This document shows, piece after piece, positions 12,401 through 26,300 of a stretch of 64,000 nucleotides of DNA. The notes under the pieces were generated by a model. That model worked only from the letters and a program-made list of their open reading frames with translations. It did not search any database and had not been told where the DNA came from. The DNA lies in assembly GCA_036172245.1 (NCBI GenBank), contig JAYWIR010000013.1, positions 3,658,001 to 3,722,000 of the forward strand. Reading direction: 5' to 3'. Both the position numbers and the translations under genes were made by a program. Each line of letters opens with the position of its first letter. Within the stretch, counting starts at the first letter, position 1. The stretch is from Raillietiella orientalis. Lineage: Eukaryota.

Positions 12401-14305
12401 CGTGGAACAGCGTCCAAGAGCCGCGTGGGTCGCCGCCGCCGCCTGTGGCCCGGCGGTTCTTGAGGTGCTCAGCGAACCAAAAAAAAAGAAAAGCTGAGAG
12501 GAATGACGGCGAAGACAGAAAAGAACCCAGAAAAGGATTTGCATCGTCCACAAACGAGAAACGTAACGACGCAAACAACGCGGTGCTTTGACAAGTCCGA
12601 ACTCTGGACGTAGCTGGAGAAAACTTTCCAAGTGGGATGCCCTCTGGTGGGCCAAACGCAAAACTCGGGAGGGCAATCCATTTTCAGACCTTGGAAAACC
12701 ACAGCAAAGGGGGGGGAGGGGGGTTGTATGGAGACGTGCAGAGTCTCAGCTGCGTTTCCATCACAAGGGAACTTGGCCGACTCTTGCCGAGGCAAGCATG
12801 GAAACTGGACCAAATAGAAAGGCCCGTCGGCGCGAGTTATTATTAAATATAATTTCCCGTGTGCATTTTCTTCTTTTTTTTTTTGGACTGATCTTTTTCC
12901 CCCCCTTCCCTTTCGGCTGAATGCCAGTTTGGATTTCCAGTTTTGGATCGGCACTTCTGGGGAAGGAGTGGTGGTGTTGGGAGTGTACCCCCACTGAGCG
13001 ATGGCAACGTCGGCGTGCGCCCTGCGAGTGCGTGAGCAAAACAACAAAAGCAAGAAAGATGAAACTTTAGGTGATGGAAGCAATCCTAAGGCACGAAAGA
13101 CAGAAAACTCGTCTTCCGAGCCAGCACCAGGATGGCGAGGCTTCAAGAGCAATGTAGGTACAGGTAAGTGCACAATCCTTCACTATGCACTCACTCAAGT
13201 TCAGTAGTGTTGACGAAAGGACGTGCCTCAGAACATGGAGAATAGGATATCGTGCACCAACATTAGAAATGTGCTATTATTACGAGATATTATTTTCTCT
13301 GGGATGAAAAGTAGTTTCGAAAACCCTCTCCTTAAATCCCGTAGCACGAGTACATGTTATCTATAACCGTTTCATAATTAAACTTTGCCAGCACATCTAA
13401 TGGTACAGACCTGGACAAAAATTGGGTGCAAGAATACTTGGAGAATTTAATGTATGCGTATCAATAGTGTGTTGCATGTTTATAATAATAATGCACATAT
13501 TTCACGTACACATTTATTTTTAGATTTCATACCTTAGTACCCAGACTTACACAGGAATGCTGAGTTGAGCATGAATACTTATAATACACAAGTGTGCAAT
13601 TACTGTATATTTTGATCTCCCTCCATCCCCCATCTAATAATGCTTCTCTGTAAAATTTCTTCTTCAAACTTTCCTAGTAAGCAATCTTCAGTAATGACAA
13701 AGTTTCAATAATGATGGTGAATAACAAAGTTTTCAAAGATGAAGAAAAGCGAGCCTTTATAGGAGAATTTACAGTTTACAAGACAACAACAAGCAAATCA
13801 GGAACCATCCATTGCAAAGAGATGAGGAAATGCACATGTAGCTCCATGCATCAATTCAGTTACATTCAAGTCTTTTTACTTTGACTCTAGAGCTCATTGC
13901 TGCATGCAACACACTAAACAGCAGGAAGATATTATGCGAAGCAAGAAGTCCAAACAGCTTTGGTTGAACATCTTGAGGCTGTTTAGATGAAGTAAAAATT
14001 AAGTTAAAAAAAGTGAATCAACAAAGATACAAACACATTTTGAATAAAATGTTTTTATATTTTCTGATTATAATTTACGTTTGTAACTTTTAAAAAGCAA
14101 TGAATAAACATAAACATGCTTTGGCATCTCAGTGTACTCGAGTACCTAACAGCAGAAAGCTCAATTTAAGAAATAACAAAATACATCCGGTTTACATAAA
14201 TGTTAATATTATTTTCCAAATCTGATAGCAAGAAGGCTTCCTAGTTCTTGGAACACAACACGTCGTGCATATTTACATGAATAAGTTGTGTGCTGGACAT
14301 AAAAA

Positions 14306-17300
14306 TTAAATGTACTTTGTCTTGGTAAGTGCAGCTTGGCCAAAAGTGGGATCTGTCATCCTATTCCAATCAGTCTGTCCCAAGACAAAGCCAACAGCTC
14401 TCATGCGTTGCTGTTGCCTCCACTCTTCAATGTCGGCCCAATGCACCTGTTGATTAATAAATGTAAATGACTCATGCACAATAAAACATGCCTCGATCAA
14501 TTATTTCCAAACATGTGCATTAACATCGGACAAGAACATACATACTAGCTATTAAAAAAAGCATGCCTACCCTCTTCTTTCCTGGCTCTAAAGGTTTGGA
14601 TTCTAACTCTCCTGGAATTTGGAGCCAGTCCTTGAAGGTTTGAGGCTCAGAGTGTCGTTTTTTAACCAACATGAGGCCATCTAACTTGTCTGAGGAGTTC
14701 CGCTATTACAACCTCTGCACAACCCTCCCTTGATAACGTTTTCCCACCCAACTTGTGTTTGCACACTCTAGCCACAAATCATAATCCTTATACTACATGT
14801 GAAATTGCTGCTGCTGACTGTGTACAGAATTATCTGCTGATTAACGACTAGTGTAACTCTTAAGCTGGGATCAGTAGCCACACGTTCTCATCACGCATCC
14901 ATCACAGACAAAACACCGCCAATCAATCATGACTTACCCAGCCTATCTTCAGATGGTTCCAGCTGCTCCCATTTACTAACTCCACTGCTAACACCAACAC
15001 CACAAATAGATTCCTGGAAAGAAATGCAAAGTGCTTACATACAGCTCAAGAGGTCACGAAATTCTCGTACTGTTTCTTCACTGTCTGCTTTTTCTGAAGA
15101 TATCTTTTCCCCTTCCTTAGATTCATCTTCCATGTGCACCTATACCAGAAATTTGCAACAGTGAAATTAATACGCTTTAATATTATAATTCCGTACCTCG
15201 GGAATGGCAGCATCCTGTAAAAGTGAGCGCACATCTAATTGTGTTAAATGTGCAGGAGTATCTTCCCACTCCTTGAGGATAAGCTCTATGTCCTCTAAAG
15301 TGCGTCCATGGGTGTTTCGTTTATGGCAGATGTTGGCTTCTGCCTCAATTGTAGCTACATATACCTATATTACAAAGATCATGGCCAACAATATTCTAAT
15401 CGACACACATACGTGAAACTGTTTCTGTTTGGCATAACTGGCAATCTCGAGGAAGTGCGCCGCTCTTTCATTTACACAATCCACAATAATGAAGGGAAAG
15501 AATCCATCATCGACTTGTTTCTTGAAAGATTTAACAAGGCAATGACGATAACCATTCTCCAACTCTGGTTCATATGCATACTCCATTGTCTTGAAAACAA
15601 AGCATGCATAAATCAAACTGTGGCGTGAAATTACCTTCACATTAGATTTTTTATCGCCTTCTGTATTTTGTTCTTCCGATTCAACCATGAAATAATCATC
15701 CAAGCTGAGAATTCTGGGTGCACTTCCACCATTTTCTACCTCTTTATCCTGAAAAAACGATGTATCTAATACAGGTAAAAGTATAGTTACTACTTTGATC
15801 AATTTCGCCATAAATGTCTTCCCTGAGCCAGGGGCTCCCCTCAAAATAATCACAAGTTTTGATGGGCGAAGGCTTCTTCCAGGAGAAAGGAGCAAATCAT
15901 CAATCATTATCGTTTCTCCTCTAGTGTCTCCTTCAGCATCTGATGAATTAACATTCTTCAGTGCTAGGCTGGATGATACAGAGTCTTGGCTAAAACAATT
16001 AATGTTAAAGTTAGTGACTAAATTCAACCAGCTTGCAAAATGTAAAAACTACATCAACATAGATGATAATGTAAACACAGAAATGTTTACATTTTGTAAG
16101 GTGAAAATAGTGACATTAATGACTTCATTTATAACACAAACTTACCTCAATAAATTCTGCCGATTTGCAAAATTCTCTGAAAGAATTAATCAGATTATTT
16201 GAGAATAAATATTCAAATTTTGATTGTTGGATTTCAATAAAAATTCAAAAGAATTGAAAATTTTATTTTTTAAATAACTTGGTTCTTGAAGCACCACAAA
16301 AACACGATGTGTGCGACTTCATTTGTGTAATGATTGTTATCGAAAAAATAATTTAAAAATAAGGAGAAAATAATAAACCCATGATTATGCTAATGAAAGC
16401 CTCAGTTGTGATGTGTTCTGTATAACTTTCGACAGTTTTTTGGGTTCTGAGCTGTGAAAATATGCTCAAGCAACACACTGATTGCTATTTTCCTTTAATA
16501 AATCTTTTATTCTGCTGAAATTTCTAAAGAAATTGAACTTCTCATATAAACATTCCATTATTGAAGGCAAATTCCATGTCACATTAAAATAAACATTGCA
16601 CATACTAGTCTTTTTTTTTTTTTTTTTAAATCTACGCTGTTATTTCAAAGCATACGTGCAACAATCTGTCTGAAAATTACCAGAAATCGTTAGAGATTTA
16701 TGGCCATATTCAAGTACTTGTATCTTAGAATTAGATATAGGTGAAGGTCCAGGTGATCGTCGCCGCTCATATAAATCATCAGCAGGTCTTTCTGGTCCAA
16801 AGCAGTTTCTGTTAGCATCCATCCCGTGTGCATAATCAAGAGTTTTTCTAATAAAAAAAAACAAAAACAAAAAACAAAAAAAATATCCTTGAAATTTGGA
16901 AACAGCATTAAAAAGTAAGAAAAAAAATTGTAATTAGAAATTAGTATTACAGAAAGAAGTAATATGCTTACGACTGAAATAATTTTACGGAATTATTATT
17001 CGCAGAATTTGGCTCCTGAAGTGCATTATAACTCTGATCTTTGAAACATGATGCCTTTTCTTCGGGATATGAGGTTTCAGGAACAAAATTGCTGCTAGGA
17101 GCAGGCAATGTTTCTTGGTACGGTTTATTGCTATAATTCCACTGTTCATCAGGTGGGCATAATTCTTTTGCATTATGAAATTCTGGAAGAGCAGCATAAG
17201 AATTTCTTCTCATGTCCCAACTTTCAGATGAATTCGTATGCTGAGCATCATTGCAGGCATCACGATTATTTGAGCAACCTGGGTGGTCACCAGCAAAGTC

Positions 17301-20300
17301 TGACCAAGTTGCTTCCATAGTTTGTGATCTGTTTGATTTTTCTGAATGCCAGTGATTATCTGCATACTGATGATGAGTGCTATCCACACCTAATGTCCTG
17401 TGAAACAAAATACATTCAGCACAACCAGAATGTTTTCAATCCTTTTTTTGTTTATAATTCCCTTGTATAAATATTCATAACAATAAAACCATGGAATATT
17501 CAGTATTTCTATTAACTTGTGGAAATTCCATGTAATTCAAGGTCGACAACAGATCCATAGAATAAGTTGAAAGCATATGCTACAAAGTGCACATATTTTG
17601 CTTACATATCACATAAACACACCACATAAGGTTTGCTTATGTGACTTATAGTCATAAAAGGTTTTGAAAAATGTAGAGAGGAATGTTGAAATTTACCTAT
17701 AATGATCTGGACTACCTTTTTCACCGAAATCTTCGTAACCTGTTTCATGTAATCTTGCTGGAGGTAACACTGAATGTGGATTATATTTTGTCTAAAACAA
17801 ACAAATCTCGAGATTCAATCACATCAATGCTCTGCGTGTACGTAAAATGCTAAAATATTCTTAAAGATTAATTGATTAGAAATCATGGAATAATGCTTGA
17901 ATTGCGTGTATGTTTACATGTTGAGAATCTTTTATGGTTGTGAATTCATAGTTGGAGCACAGTCATTTGAAAATAGCATTTTTCTACTCAGAATCTATTT
18001 TTACATTCTTAGTACCAACAGTGATCATTTTAAAAGGAAAGAAGCTTTACAAATCACTTCAACAATCTGATTCCAAGTTCAAATATGTTAAAAAAAAGGA
18101 AAATAACCATAATGAAAATTAACAATCGATTTTCTGAATATCCACTATTAATAGCTTTAATGAATGCTATCTGAATAAACAAACTGTTTTTAAGCTGGAT
18201 AAAGTGAGACATTACTTCAAATAAAGCATCCAAGACTAAACAATACAAAAAACTGTTGCATACTTATATGCAGGACCACATGTCAAAAATTGACAATTTA
18301 TCGGGCAATTTCAAAGAATTATAACCTAATGTACTAATTAGACTTCGAACTATTAAAACAGTGAAATACATAATTGTATCCTTGATCTACTTGAATGATC
18401 AGGTGGTCATGTTCAAGATTATTACAAAATACTTTTAACCATAAAAAGATTTTGCCAGCACTTTTTTACACTAGGTACAATCATTATTCCTGTCCTAATC
18501 CTTTTAATCAGGTATGTTCTTGTTTACTTTTTAAGCCAACTATATTACAAAAAGAATTAATCCAAATAACTAATTGATTTATTGTACACACATAGTGCAG
18601 GATCAACTTATAAGCTGCAGAATTCAATTTATAGGTTTGCAGATACAAAATTCAATTAAAGACTTAAATACATATTTGATTCAGTGAGAAACTTTTTTTC
18701 CCCATTTTTATTACAAAACTGGAAAGAAAACCCATAAAGATATATAACTAAATCAGGTTAATTTAAGAACACATTCACCAAAACAGAATCCAATAATCAG
18801 TGCATTAAAGTAGAATTAGCAAACACTGAAAACTGAAACTTATAATAGGCAGTAAACACCAAGACAATACAAATGCGTGTCTGCTTTATTGCAATAACAA
18901 CTAACATAAACATCAGCTGTTCAGCATGTTGAAAATATACGCAGATTTTCATTTTCTGTGGGAAGGGGAGAAAAAAACTTTGATTATCATACTTGAGCAC
19001 TGTTCATGGTTCAAGAGCAGGCTGTTATGATTCAAAAATGACAAAATCTTGGCACAACTAACTTTGCACAAATATACGAACTTAGTGAAGTACACACACA
19101 TGAAGCAAATGGCTTGCATTCATCCCTTTTAAATACTCCTCTTCAACATAGCGCACTTCAATGAGATGTAGATATAGCTTGTATAGCACATCAACATGTA
19201 CATACTTTACATGCATTTCAAGTAACTTGAAATAGAATCAACCAATCAATCGATAAATTAATTTACCATCTCAAAATAGATCACAGATCTTGTGATCAAT
19301 CAATTTCCTTGACAATGTACACTTCATAAAATTTTTCAACTTTTTAAATACATATGTTTAGAGAGACACTACAATTTTCAAGGCAGAGATTTGGTAATAA
19401 TGTCCTGGTTCTTGAAAGTGCTTCACCTCAGGAAGTTGTTGTACTTTCTTTTGGAGTTGACAACTGCTTCAGGAGTATCAACATTTGTAAGATTATATAA
19501 TGTAGTATTTCAACTGTTCTTTAATGAATCAAAAACACAGGATGCTATTGTACTATCTTTTTGAAAGTATTAATAATACACAAAAACAATTTCCAACATA
19601 TTAGTTTTGCTTTCTTTTTTAAAAAACTAGCGAATACTCTGACAATTCATGCACTTCAATCAGGAGGATGTTTCTCCATTGCTGCAACTTTACGAATGAT
19701 TTTTCCTGGCAGCAAAATGCAAGCTCTAATCTTTAAATTAGTTTCGAATCTATTCACAAAATTGTCTTAAAAGCATTATTCAAACTGATCACGCTCTCAA
19801 TAAATAGAGGCACCCAGCACCCAATGTACTATCCTGCATATTGGCTACAAGTATCAAAACCACTGTTACACATATTGTGAACAAAACATTACTGTTAGGA
19901 ACCAGTATACAAGGCAAATTATGACTGAGCCTATATCTGCCTCCTGCTCATAAATGCTAAATAAGCAAGATGATGAACTTCAATGACAGTTTCTATAGAA
20001 ATTCATATTTAATATATGTTTATTATTAATTAGCATGTAAATAGTTCGTTTTTTGATTGAGCAGAAGTCTACTTCCATTCGAAAATTGCTCTTGAAAGCT
20101 GTCACATTCAGTAAAAACTGACTCCCTCCGTTCAACTCTTGGATACTAAGAAAACCAACTGGACCAACTATCAAACACGGTAAATTGGATTAATATGCTT
20201 AATCATTAACAAATGCATTTCCATACTCAGGATTTAAATTCAATTGTATGATGCAATATTTTAATTCGTCTTGCATTTAAAGTGCACAAACTAAGTGTGG

Positions 20301-23300
20301 TTTACAGGTATATGAATAGAAATTAAATGCACAGAAAAACTACCTGATTCAAGAGTAAGGAAAAAGTATTTCACTCGAACAACAGACTAATGAATAAATG
20401 CAGAAACGTGTATTCTACTTATTATCTACAAACACACACACAAGCCATAAGTAATAGGACCCGGTTGCTTATATGCAAGGGGCACAGTTTTTTACTATGA
20501 AACAAATCAGCTAATTATTCATCATCATTGAATTGAAACATTAATGTGGCAATCACTGTATGAACAGCATCTGAAAATATGTTTTCAAACTGAACACAGT
20601 CCACTTCCACTGTTAGTTTTCCCTTTAGTAACTCTTTAGTATGACTTCTTGCTTTCTTCTTATGTTATGTGTTTTGTTATTTATCAGATTTAATACTTCC
20701 TATAATTATCAATCATTCACTTGTGGTCTTTTCAGTCTGAGAGCTTCAAAGGTTATCCGGCCACTTTAAAAACGTCAAAATATTTTCTGAAAAACCAAAG
20801 GATCATAGCATTTTAAAAGGCAGACATGTAGTTACTGATGAGCCAGGCACAACGAGTGTGCAACTCTTGTCTTGTTTTTTAACTTCTAAGAAAAAACTGC
20901 AAGGACAAAACGTTCATCAACATCGTAAAAATTGTGGTCCGGAACGAAAGCAAAAACAATGAAAGAAAAGAAAGATTTTCAGAAAGGACTGCAGCTCAGA
21001 AAAGAATGCATGAAAATGAAAACTCTAAAAAAATTTTGGCAAACAGTTTTCCTGTTTTTGTATTAAGAAACTAAAAAAAGTGCTTTTTACCCTCTAAAAA
21101 GCACCTAGCATTGCATCCTATACAGGAAGTTTTGGTAGCAATTTCATTTCATAAACCTTTGAATTAAATTAGCATGCAAAACAAACCTAATAATCATAGG
21201 AAATGCTAAAGTGCTTAAGTGGATGCAAAAATCACAAGATGCAAACAAAAAGAAATCATTCAACAAAGTAATATTTTGAAGACAACAGCGTGAGAAATAA
21301 TTCGAACTATTATACAAGTATCACTACCAAAACGCAATTTATTGCATTTTTCTGTCTCACTTTGCTTTCTGCATTCAATCCATGCAATTTTCCTTTTCAG
21401 AGGGAAAAAATTTTTGTTGGTAAAATGAAATGCAAAAAAATCTGGTCAATTTCCGGGAAAAATCGAGAGAAAAGCATGCAAATGATGCAGATGATTAACA
21501 ACGTGAATTATTCATATTGTTTCCCTTTGAAAATACGTAAATATTTGTAATCAAAAAAAAGGTTAATCAAATGAATCCTAGTACGGAAACAGTCAAGGTC
21601 AAAGATTTTGAGGTTCATCAACTCTTTTCTAACTATTAAAGAAAAAATGGCAAATCTTACAGGTTCAAATACAGGTTTAGGCAGGTTGAGATCTATTGAA
21701 ATGAAATGCTTGGTATTATTTTTATACATTATTAAAAACATTTACTGATGCAGTAGCATCTAAAGTATATCTGTTGAAGTTGGGAAGAAGTAAACTCTGA
21801 TGTAACATAAAAGAAAGGGGTCACGGTTTGCTCAGCAAAAATGTTTTCAAATTGTGAAGCCAAACATAAAATCAAAAATTTGAATCCTAGGACTAATTTG
21901 AATTAACTCTATAAAACAATAAAGATAATACATCAAAGAAATTGAGAATGCAGCATTCATTTAGCAGAAAAAATTGGGTAGCATTGACATTGAAATCCAA
22001 AAATTGGGAAGCAAAATGCATACAAACAGTGTAGATAAAAAAGTAAAAAAAAATTAAGATGATACGAAATGAATAATACTGTTATTAATTTAAAATTAAT
22101 GTAAAACTAGTTAGGCTCATTCCATACAAACACTGAAATGGAAAACAGTATTTTAAACAAGATTAGGAAAACCTAATGACTGCAGCTCCAGACATACATT
22201 GACGAATGAACGTAATCTTGTCAGCTCTGATACACATTATGGATACACTGGTTTCTCAAAACAATAGCATTATCACATTTAGTTGTGCAATAAAAATGCA
22301 TTTGGTAGTTACAATGAATATATTTTCTGGTTATGAATAATGATTAAAATTTTTTGAAACAGAATTCCATATTAAAAAAGCAAATAAAATAGTTATTCAA
22401 AGGATCGTGACTATACAAAAAAAATATTTAGTTTGGACCACACACATAATTTTCGATTACTGGAGACTTCAGAACTGGACAATGTTTTGAATGCTTGCAC
22501 ACATGAATATTTAACAAAAATTTCATTTTTAATCTTACAAAGATATTCACTCACAAAACATTACAAGGAAAAATATCATTTACCTAAAAAATACCATCAT
22601 CTAACATGTTTATTAATCTTACCCTTTTGACATAATCAAAATTACTGTGTCTTCTCAAAACCCGATATGAATCTTCATTTTTCTCATGGCCAAAATTACT
22701 AAAATCATCACCATATCGGTGAGAGTAATCTGGGTTATGGAGTGGTGGGATATCTTGATAATGATTTTTCCTTTTTTTGTGAGAAAATCCTGATGCATAA
22801 TCAGCATGAACAGAATCTGAATAATGAACATCATGATGAAATTTGTTTGCATAAACACTATCACTATATGGATAAGTTTCATCATATTCCCAGCACTGAT
22901 AGTCATTGTTTTTTCCCCACATTGTGTTGTAATTAGAACTAAAATTTTTCGGTGACCAACTCCCTAATCTTCTTTGTTCATCTTCTGCATAAGCTACTCT
23001 GTGTAAAGTATCTGCAGCTTTCCTTTCTGATAGTGAATAACTTTGAGAGTACGAATTAAGATCATCCATGCTATCTGCATAATAAGGACTATCTCCAAGA
23101 AGCCCTCTTCCTTGGGATTTTAAATAAGGATCCCTTGGATAATCACCAAGAAGAGAAGACCGTTCTTGGTTCATATCTAATTCAAGTGTTGCATTCTGTT
23201 TATTCGCAATATATGGACTGGAGGATGAAACATTTCCAGAGTAGGGGAAGGGCCTTTCACCTGGAAGTCCATATGTAGTTTTGTCTGGAAGAAGATGAAA

Positions 23301-26300
23301 AAAAAAAAAAAAGAATTATAATACTTTTAAAGTTTTATCAACAACAGCTCACCATGAGTTTCATAAGCAACTGGTTTTGGTTGCTGATGCTCAAATTCAT
23401 AATTTCTATCCATGTATGGATCAACTGATTTGTACGATTTATGCACAGATGCACTCTTCTGAGTGTCCACAGGTCTAAGACTGCTCCCATACTTTAGAAA
23501 GAGAAAAGAATAAGCATTAAAACATAAATCTGAAAGATAGAGCAAAATGGTACACAAACAAATTACAACTTTATTTACAAGTGCCATATAGGATACTCAT
23601 GCTGGGATTGGGGTTCAGATTTCCTTTTTTAATGAAAGCTGAGTTCTTAAGAAAAACACTCTTCATTAGAATTTTCGCTTATACTTCTCATGCATAAACC
23701 AAAACGCAGTTTTATCACATTAAACAGCATGTAAAGAACATTCACAAAACATCAGATCTTCTTGTGCATGACTGATGTATTAATCCAACAAATTTTGTCC
23801 AAAAGACAAACATACTTTTGTTGGGTACCTTCGTTGTGGATAAATATTATAAAAAATCTTTTAGCCTCATTGGTCTTTTTAAAATTTGGAAAGACTTTAA
23901 ATCGAATCCTGAAAATCGAATTAAGAACAGCATACTGCACTCTTTATGCTGATCAGTTTATAAACCCAAAGTAAAAGATTTTAAAAATAAAAACTGGATG
24001 CATATAATTATCATTTAAATAAAGTATCTTGAGTGTAACATAGTAACTGGTCCTTTATCATAACATGTATGCCAGTAGATATTTTTCAGACAACCAACAC
24101 CTGACATCCAAATCAAAGGATTTTGGTGCACATATACTTTAAACACAGTCATCAATCCATTGCTCTTTCCTGTAAATCACCTTAATTTATTTATCAAGTT
24201 TATTATTTAATTTATATAACCTCGTTTATTTGAATGCGAAAGACCATGCAAAAACCAAAAAAATTTGCCCTCTGATTTTCAACACTTTGTACCAAGTAAA
24301 CCAAAAGAGATAATTTGCTGAATACATGGGTCACAGACACTAAATAAATTAAGAATATTTTACATCAATAGCAACAAATGTGGAGTTATATTTATTCATA
24401 TAAAGATGATGAACGCAGGCCAAAATTACACAGTAATAATTATACATGACACACACGAAAAAATTATAAAAGGAACCTATTTACCAAAAGTTTCAGTAAA
24501 ACTGCCCCCTCATGAATGAAATATAGAAACATCAAAAGCAAAACTGGTAAACTACATATGAAATGAAAAGGAAAAGAAAATGAATCATCACAACCTTAGG
24601 AGACAATTCTGCTTATAAGATTATAATATTAACAATAAAACTACATCTAAAAAAAGATACACTGAATTTTAGCAATCATGTAAATTAAAAGCAAGCATAC
24701 TTGCTACCTTGTTTTAACAAATTTCTACTATTATCATTGCTTGGCAATTTTATGGATTGCTCTTGGAAGAGAATATTGATCAATGAATAACATATTGCTG
24801 CACGATGTCACAAATAAAAAAGGAAAGTGATAAGTACATGCAAAAATAAAATAAAAGCTTCCACACCAGCACTATTGATGATTACTTGAAATGTAAGAAT
24901 GGAAAAGAACAACACTGAAATGCCTACACTCTTGTCTGTCAATTGTATTCAGTGCAACTATTCAGAATTACATCATAAACTTTACATGAACGCATCATCG
25001 AGTAATTCAAAAATTAAGCAAGAATTTGTTTGCTAATGTGGATACAACAAATCCTATCAACCCAACAACAATATTCCTCCACCTAAACACTGATTTGGTG
25101 GAGGAATATTGTTGTTAATGTATCTTAGCTTCTGAAAAAAAATCTAAAACAATAATTCTACAAACAAGTAACCCTATCTTTGGAGTACATGATGCAAGTA
25201 TGTAGTAATAAGCTTTCTCTGCAACCTTTGGTGTTCTTTTTAGTATTGCTAATACATTACAAAAACAGCTTTTAATGAAAATACTGCAATGAATTTTCCG
25301 AATGTTTGCAAAATACGGCATGCAAATTCCAGTAGTTCATTTGAAACATGGTGCACTTAATTCAAATTTACTCATTCAATGGTGGTTGAAACTTTGCAAA
25401 CTTTTTTCAGCATTTCCCAGCAAATTCTATGAATATTTTCTTGCTTATCATGCTTGATCCACTTCCAAATTTCTGAACACAGTACTGTTTGAAAGAACGA
25501 TGTCATCACAGATAACTATTCAGAAATAACTTTCAGAACTCATTGCATTCTTCTATAATTCATTGGAAAGTTTACAGCTATAGGCTTAAAAAGCATACAC
25601 ATCATCGCATTCAACAAATTTCACTTTTCTAAACACAGCCTTAAAAGCACCAAAGGAACATTTATAAACTCGTACAAAGCAAAAGTACACCTTTTCCTAA
25701 ACAGCAAAAGCATACATCCGTACATAATCTTTCACAAAGATTGAAATCTGGTTTTCTTCTCTTCAGTTTAATATTTTGTAGTATTTCAAAATAGCTGCAT
25801 TTTTTTCCCTTGGAATTTTCCCTTTATAATCCAGAATTTTCAACTCAAACCTTAGTGCTCAAACTGATATAAATATCCAACATTTTGCACCAATACCTAT
25901 CACTCTCTTAGTTGACCTATGTTTCTTAAAAAGTAAAAACAACAAAAAAAAAAAAAAGTAAAAAACATGGCTGCACTTTCAATTTAACGATTCACTATTG
26001 TTTTATAAATGATCAGATAAGAGCAGTAACCTAATGTAAAAGCACAAAAATCTATAAACTTTGAGAAATTGATTTCTCTTTAATCCAGAAGGGAGAACTC
26101 CTTTTTAAAAACTCAAGCTACTTTGCAAGCACCAAAAAGATAACCTGATAATGAATGTGGTCTTTCTTTTTTTAATTCATTTGGATCATTCTTAATTATA
26201 TATTCTTAAAAGTCTTTATTATAACTAAGAAAAACATAGTCCACATACCATACAAAAATGATTTTACAAAACAAAAAAAAAATGGAATTGAAAATTAATT

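Noticed and set aside
12941..14050. Possible plus-strand spliced transcript (exon 12941-13163 with GTAAGT donor, AATAAA at ~14043)
   Set aside because: Splice signals alone are not enough. The putative ORF is short and stops right after the next acceptor.
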